In this document: piece by piece, positions 29,401 to 36,585 of the stretch
Position numbering within the stretch: position 1 is the first letter of the stretch
Layout: every line of letters begins with the position of its first letter
Assembly: GCA_000092065.1 (NCBI GenBank)
Contig: CP000594.1
Strand: one strand, 5' to 3'
Origin: Ostreococcus lucimarinus
Lineage: Eukaryota
Length of the DNA stretch: 64,000 bases
Notes under the pieces: model-generated
What the model was told of the DNA's origin: nothing
The model's input: the letters and a program-made list of their open reading frames with translations, nothing else
Databases searched by the model: none
Position numbers and translations under genes: made by a program

Positions 29401-32400
29401 TTGGTAAATCACTTCGTGAACGCACACCGTGAGGTTGTTCGGCGTCACCGCACGCAGATGACCATAAAGTACACTGTCCACTCGGCGAATATTCAGCCGC
29501 CGTGCACGAATTCTCTAGCGCGCATAGCGAAACGCATTCACTTGAAGAATTTGCATCTCGTGTCGCACCATTTCCAGTACAACGCTTCTTCAAGCATGAA
29601 CGAGAGAAAGTGCCATCCCGAACTAGGTCCGGCTCGGTAAATTCAATGGTCGCACACAATGGTATCACTTCACTAGGATTTTCCATCGGCGATCCGGACT
29701 TTTTAACTTGTCTTGTACCCCAAGTACCGTAGATTGGTGGGAGTGTGGGTATGACGTTATCCATCGCGCTCCAAAAGAAGCCAATCGCCACGCTATCAGC
29801 GTCGCACGCAAGATGATCGATATCGGAACTTTCCGGTATATCGTGCTCGGTGTAGTCCTTGACGCTGAATCCTGCCGGCACCCCGCATCGAGGCATGACA
29901 CCTGTAGTGTTTTCCGAAGATCCAAGAATGCCGGCAATACCGGTGAGGACTTGGCCGGGTGGACATAAAATACGAATCATACTTTCACCTCGATTGCGAT
30001 AGGCAGCGTTAACACTACGAGGTTTCCATCCATCGGTGTTGTAAATCTTGTTGCCTTGAGCGCTACCGCTTAAAACCTCTCCGGTAGTGGGATCAGTATA
30101 TCCATAGCCTGAAGTGAGGCTCAACGGGTGCGCCAACATACGCGATGTCATACCATGAATCTCCCCATTGAATCCAGGCCAATGTTGGAACTCTGTGTAT
30201 CTTTCGCTTGAAACGCACAAAGAGCTGCGAAGACGAAGTCGACACGTGCGGCGTAAGTGCTCAGAGCCAACGTTTAGGAATGGCACACCACTGGAAGTGC
30301 GATAACTTCCTCCAAAACGATTAACTCCATTGTCACCGAATGTGTTGGCCTTGGCCTGAAAAGCCATCCACAGCGAGTTGTCGCACGCAATCGCGTCCAC
30401 GGGCGCGTGCCAATCATCGGTGAGCATTTGAACTTCGCCACCCCTAAATCGTGTGTTATGCGATGCCTTCTCGCGTCCAAAAGGTCTGGTCCATTGCTCC
30501 TTGACTATAGCTTCGCATTCGCAGTAACCCCATCGGGAAAGCTTTTTGTTTGTGAAACAAGCTAGACGCGTACGATTTGGATCAATGTCTATAGAACACT
30601 GCGGATTAATCACGTCAGCGTTGCGTGGGTCTCTACTGAACATGACGTTACACGGAGCGCCATTCGCGTTTCCACCACAGGTTCGTCTCGGTTTCGCTTG
30701 ATACAGTCCCCCCTTAATTTTAGTGACGCTTCGAGGGGCGGCGCACTTTTGCGATTCGTCAAGCGATCCAGGAACATCATCTGATTCTGTGATGACAACC
30801 GAGACGTTTGCAAGTCGACCTCGGTTTTCTTCAGACGCGTACGGATATACAATAACTTTGGAAATGTCGACAACCCGACCAAGATCAATCATGAGGAAGT
30901 TTTGAGGGGTGTCCATCCGCATCGTGCTATAACGTTGCCATGTGCTATAACGTTGCCATGATATAGCACGATCGCTATATCCCGGTGATTTCTCCCCGTC
31001 GATGAGTGCAGGCCAATTTCCGGTTGCAGGCCAATTTCCGGTTCCGGTTGCGCTGATGGCAACATTCTCACCATTTTTGTCAATGATTTCCAATTCAGCA
31101 ATGTAGTAGCGGTACTCTCTACAACAAGAATTCCTCCAAGAGCTGCAGCAACTGTACGCGTACGTTTGATGATCTCCAGGTTTGACGTGCTTCCGCACGA
31201 TGACGTATCGTCCCCGTCCCCCCGCCACGGTGTAGTTGTCGTGAACGCCACTCAACTCACGAGTAACGCAGGGGGCATGAGTACGCATGTTCTCTTTGAC
31301 GCAGGAATCAAGCCCACTACGCCGTGGTATTTTTTCACTTGTTGAGCCGATGAACACGCCCCCCGTGGGAGGCGAGAAAGAGCCAGTTCGCTGGGCGGGA
31401 AGAAAATCGAATATTTGACCGTCTCCAGAATGCACGCTGTAATGACGGTCTTCGACGCCATCAATATGATCAGTTCGATCACCTTCAGCACGAAGGTATT
31501 CCAAATTGGAATTCCGCACGTATCGGCGCTGAGCCATTCCGTATGGTTTCCGACCAAACACGTGCATTGACATGAAGAAGTTCCGTAAACGTCTAAAGGA
31601 GACAGCAGAGACGTTGAAGAAATGAGCTCGGAATCCAGCCAGGCCCTCTGGAAGCTCTTGATCAAATCCAGCGGGAATTTGAATAACTCTGCGAGACGCA
31701 TACGTTTCATTTACCGAAGGATACCAATCCCAGTCTTCTCTTCGTGCAATTGTATCGAAATAAAATTCGTGCAAGGCTGATGGTACCTTGTGCAGAACGT
31801 AATTTTCACCACGTAGTCGACAGAACCGTTGAATAAGTCCGCGTTCGTCGACGCTGTCGGCGTGTACGAATTCGCCCTTGAGCCAAGAGTGAGGCATATG
31901 CGTTCTCAACTGCGACCCGTCGTGATTCATCTCATCGAGAGAAAGCGCGCTCGGACCGTAATCAAATCCGACGCACAGCGCATTCGCCTTGCAGCGTTGC
32001 GCGCAGAATTCCTTGAAGACCCCATGTTGACGCGAAACACTCGTCTTCGAGAGCGCAAAAGCCGGGTAGTGCGGAAGAACATCCGACATTGTGTATCGTT
32101 CCAACAAGTCTCCGCCAAAACCAATCACCCCGCTGGTGATTCGTCTATCCTTGATCACACCAGTCGCGTCCGGGCGCGTGACGCTCGTCTTGTAGATTTG
32201 AGTTTTCTCCGGAATCGACCCTGTCGTATAGCCCTGAAACCACGTCATGTCGCGAAGATCGATTTCGAAGATACCGAGATCGTGCCAGTTCGCAGCCTTC
32301 GAACACCGACTTGAGTCAGAGGCGTCGCATAAGCAAACGTGACCCCGGCGATCAACAAACGAGTCGCTCTTTTGGGCGCTCATATCCAACTCGAGATCGC

Positions 32401-35400
32401 GCCATTCCAAAAACGGGCGCATGGACGTCTCAATCTTTTGGTCGCGGGAATACAACTCTCCCGACAACAAGCCCGCACAAGTGGATTGGTTTACAGACTG
32501 GACTGAATCGACAGCACCGGGAAAGCACTGGCTCAAGGGATATCGACGTCGTTCAAATGTATCCGGCAAACCTTTGTCTCGTAGTCTTTGGAGAGCCTTT
32601 TTGTCGTACCTGTATGGTGCACGCATGCTGTACGACAAGTCCTCTTCGACGGGTCGGCCGACCGGCCGGACAATGTGATCACTTTGCCGAGCGAGCGTAG
32701 TCTCGGCCCAAATGGTGGTAGTATCGTCCCACGCGCCCATACATCCGACGTTGTCGCCCGCAAGCAGTCGTATCCATGCCTTGCGAGGTATTATGGACGT
32801 CCCACCTTCAACAAAGATCATATTCGTACGCTGACCAGAGAGCAGCCGCTTCGGCCCAAATCGTATCTGCTGCTCATCATATTTGGGAATACAAACGCTA
32901 GCCTTGTCGTCAAAACCATACTTGGCGCCGATCCGACGCGCGCATTGCAATCCGTAAGCGCACTGGTCGTCGCTCATGCAATGTCCTTCGTACGCCTGGC
33001 ATACCTCTCCACCTCCGAGACCTCCACAGTAGTCGTAGTCACCATTCGTGAGATTGAATCGAGCGTTGTAAGCTTCCTTGTTTTCAAAGTAGCCATCAGA
33101 GCCCGAAAAATCGGCGCAACACGCGTACGGGTGAATTTCACTCTCCAGCGCGCACTGCTTTCCAGGAAGTCCCCCTCGAGAAGCGACGAAATATCCTCTG
33201 TCTGTAGCGTTTCCACACGTTTCGTTTGTCCAATAATACTTGCCGACGATATTTGGATCTCCATAACGTCTGGGGTTGCCTCCCCATTGCGTTCGTACGT
33301 AGCTGAGATCACATGTGTCACCGAATGCAAACCCACCGACGACGCCGCTAAGAAGTTCGTTCGCTGAACACAGACGCGTGCCAGCCTGCGCACACTGTCG
33401 CATGGCAAAATGACGCGAGCCAATGCTCTTGCCGCTCACGCCAGGCAAATTTCCTCTCGCGACGTGTTCCATATCACTCAATGCCTTTTTACACTGCTCC
33501 GATTTCTTTGCGCTCGCATCTCGATCAAAGCATGCGGAAGTGTCCGGAGCCACGGCTCTGAAGCCAGGCGCGCCGCACGTGTCAGAGCCTTGCCTCAGCG
33601 CAAAATAGTTTTTGAAAGTGAATCCGTCGGGCTGCATTCCGCCTTCAAGCTTTTCACAGTTCCGTGTCACGTTACACTCATTGTAGCATATTTGCTCAAT
33701 CTCGGGTGGCCCATGACCAACCAATAAACCAATCCAACCGCTGGTATAGCGGCTAGAGTTTTTCGTCAAACTTGCCTTATCGTACGCAATAAGCCCTTGA
33801 GGATCATATGAATGCCAGTCCAAGTCGTATCGCTTCTCGCAGTAGTGAAGTGGCACCTCGCGCACGCAAGGATTTATCATATCACCAGCCGCAAAACACT
33901 TTACCTCCCGACGACGCGACACTGAGCATGTTTCAAAATCGGACGTCCAGTTCCGTGCGAGGCATGGCGACCATTCACCGATAGAGTAAAAATGATTATG
34001 TTGAAACACAATTCTGACAGTGTCATCGTCACCCGTTTTCAGCCTCAGGCCGTAATGCCATCCTTTCATTTGTGCATCCGCAGCGCCATTCACCATCACA
34101 GAAAGATCGCCCTCCAAATCACCAACGCCGTACTTTTTCTGAGTTTTAAAGTCGGTGAAACTCGCCACACAAATGGACTCTCGCCTATTGAAGTTAAACG
34201 AGTTGCAAGCCATGTTGCGAGTTGGACCTTTTTTTAGCGAATCACAGAGCGCAATACACTCTGCCATAGTGAAGGCGGCGCTGCTCTCGATCGCAATGGC
34301 TGGTACGTACTTTTCCGGGTACAAGCGATAATTGTCCTTCATTTTGTTGTCAAATCGACTGCACGCTCCTCGATTACTTCCGAGCATCGCGGATCCAACA
34401 GTATGCGTACAGGGTCCAAGTTTCGTGTCACCTCTGCAGCATGAGCGACCACACTGTGTGACTACGTTGGTCTTCGTGCGAGGCGCCATAGTCCCAGTGA
34501 TTGTATTTCTTCTCTCAGGGCACTGTAAACGGTTCCATTCCAAGTGTATCGAAAGTCTTCCGCCGACGATGGGGTCAATACATCCAGTGTCATCAATCTC
34601 GTTGCCATGATAACACTCGTGACCGGTCAGATTCTTGGCGAAATCAAAGCAGCACCCGTAATCATGGCACGCGCGCGCGCGAGAATCAATGGACATGAAC
34701 TCACTTCGAACGTCGCCGTAGTACGCCGTACACTTGAAACGATCTTCCATTTTAAGCGCACAATCAGCTTTACAAGAGTGGGTGTTACACTCTCGAGAAG
34801 TCTGTGGTAAAACACCACAGATGTGATCTTGGAGCTGCTCGCCGGATGTGGTGTTGACGCAAATCGCGCTCCGCGTTTGTCCACCTCGCTCGCACTTTCG
34901 CGAACAGTTACTCCATTCGCTAATTTCCCATCGGAATCCAAGTGGGTCTTCACCGTAACAATCAGCGTAGCCCCACAAGCCAGGCTTGGAGGTGTAGCAC
35001 CAAGGTCTCGTGGAAGGCTCGGCCGGCGCACGACCCACAAGGGTTGGTTCAAAGAATTCAACGACTGTCTGCCTTTGACGCGCGTTATAGTCGGTGGTAA
35101 AGGGAAAGACGCACGGCGCGCCACCAGCTGTACCTTCACACGTCGGTATCGCTCTTGAATGCACGACAAAATCTGCATCATTGAGCATCGAAGAGCCATC
35201 GGTGACGCTCTTGAGCAACATCGCGCTCGTCGTCGACACATCAAACGGACGCGTTGTCGAAAGTCCAAGCGTGTCGTGCTTTTTGTACATCCGCGCGGCA
35301 CAGTCCGTCGTGTTTATGCACGTATAATACCCTTGGCATTGGGAATCGCTTGCACAAAGCGTTCGTAGCCCAGTCTCTGATTTCCCGTTCACCGCGCGCC

Positions 35401-35908
35401 AAGCGAGAAGATCTGGAAACGCAACCATTTTCCCCTTGTGCGCCTTCCACTTGGCCTTGGAGTGCACACTCTTCTTGCGATAAAAATCACTCTCCGCCGC
35501 TCGTTGTAACCCGAATCCGCGACCGACCAAAGTACAGAAGTCCGTGGTCAGATCCTTCTTGAAACCCGCGCAGGCGAACCCTTTCGCGTCGCACTCGCGT
35601 TCACACGCGTCGAAAGACTCATAAGTCTCCATCAGGTTACTCCCGACTGGAATGCGGCTTCCGTGCCACCAATAATTTGTTAAATCATCCTCCAACGACC
35701 CAAGAGCGGCTTCGGGAACGTTCACGCCCGCTTTTTTCATGGCGCGCCCCAAGCGTCCTTCGGGAACGCACCAAGCATATGCCGTTCGACCGTGAATTCC
35801 GATTAACACGAACGTAGCGACGAGGATGAACGCGGCCGAGTTCCACCCAATCCATCTATCGCGCGTTCTTGTTCTTCTCGTCGTCATCGGTGCGTCAACG
35901 CCCGTCAT
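20438..35908 (-). CDS. Giant (5156 aa) mosaic cell-surface protein. It combines an N-terminal signal anchor, kringle/FN2-like and PAN-like Cys modules, TSP1 repeats, acidic and coiled-coil tandem repeats, a C-terminal DUF285 array and a C-terminal TM.
   Basis: Single uninterrupted ORF. TSP1 signatures are '[25 protein letters not shown]' and '[24 protein letters not shown]'. A kringle/FN2-like module is 'CVFPFTTDY...[17 protein letters not shown]'. DUF285 units are '[34 protein letters not shown]' and others in the last ~1300 aa. TM segments are '[14 protein letters not shown]' (N-terminal) and '[17 protein letters not shown]' (C-terminal). Confidence 0.6.
   Translation of the reverse strand: [5156 protein letters not shown]
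24560..25045 (-). repeat. 3 x 162-bp coding tandem repeat (54-aa unit '...[46 protein letters not shown]')
   Basis: Visible in the ORF translation and in the antisense ORF 24450..25052. Confidence 0.8.
25065..25650 (-). repeat. 5 x 114-bp coding tandem repeat (38-aa acidic unit '[38 protein letters not shown]')
   Basis: Visible in the ORF translation. The antisense ORFs 25060..25803 and 25073..25909 are repeat artefacts. Confidence 0.8.
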
Positions 35909-36129
35909 GGGCGTTCGATTCTCGACCTCGTTGCCACGGATGGTGTTGGCGGAAACCTCGAGTGATAGCGCGGGTGAGTCTCGAACGAACGGGTGAGTTA
36001 CGGGTGAGTCTCGAACGACTGTTTCTTTTCTCGGCCACGCGCGCGTTTTCTTTTGTCCGCCTCTCTCTCTCGCGCGCGTCGTCGAGTGATGCTGGTGCCG
36101 CTCGTGACGGATTTAAGGGCTTGAACACC

Positions 36130-36585
36130 CGCGTGTAAAGGCAGACACTTTATATAGCACTTTGGGAGGTTAAAAGGTGTCCCAAAGTCTCATACATTGG
36201 CCTATACTTTGGCAACATCCCGCGCTTTGATTACAGTACAGTAATATAACCCCCGCCAATGCGCGGGATGAATGGCATACATTCCATAGTATATGGGGAC
36301 CGGACCGGCGGGACGTGTGATTTTTACCGTATGGGTCACGACTCGTCATTCGGAGTACTCGTATGGAATAATGAAACACCATAACTGCATTTACTTTTTG
36401 GTTCATTAAAAAAACCGTACGGGCATTTACTGCAGAATTGGCCACTTTTCGCGCGGGTTTCACTGGACACGTGTCAAAAACGTGGCTTTTCTGAAACTCG
36501 ATTTTTGCTAGGGTTTAGCGTCTCAGTGTCCCGACGGAGATACAGTGCGGGGATCCCGTCGGCAGCACTCTCCGTCGCGCACGCA
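36130..36585. promoter_or_regulatory. Bidirectional intergenic region between the two giant genes. It carries module copy 3, TATA-like 'ctatataaag', a hairpin 'ctttggg..ggttaaaa..cccaaag', a palindrome 'ttacagtacagtaa', and the 27-bp box 60 bp before ATG 36586.
   Basis: Read directly. The module sequence is conserved with 5656..5889 and 19750..20125. Confidence 0.55.
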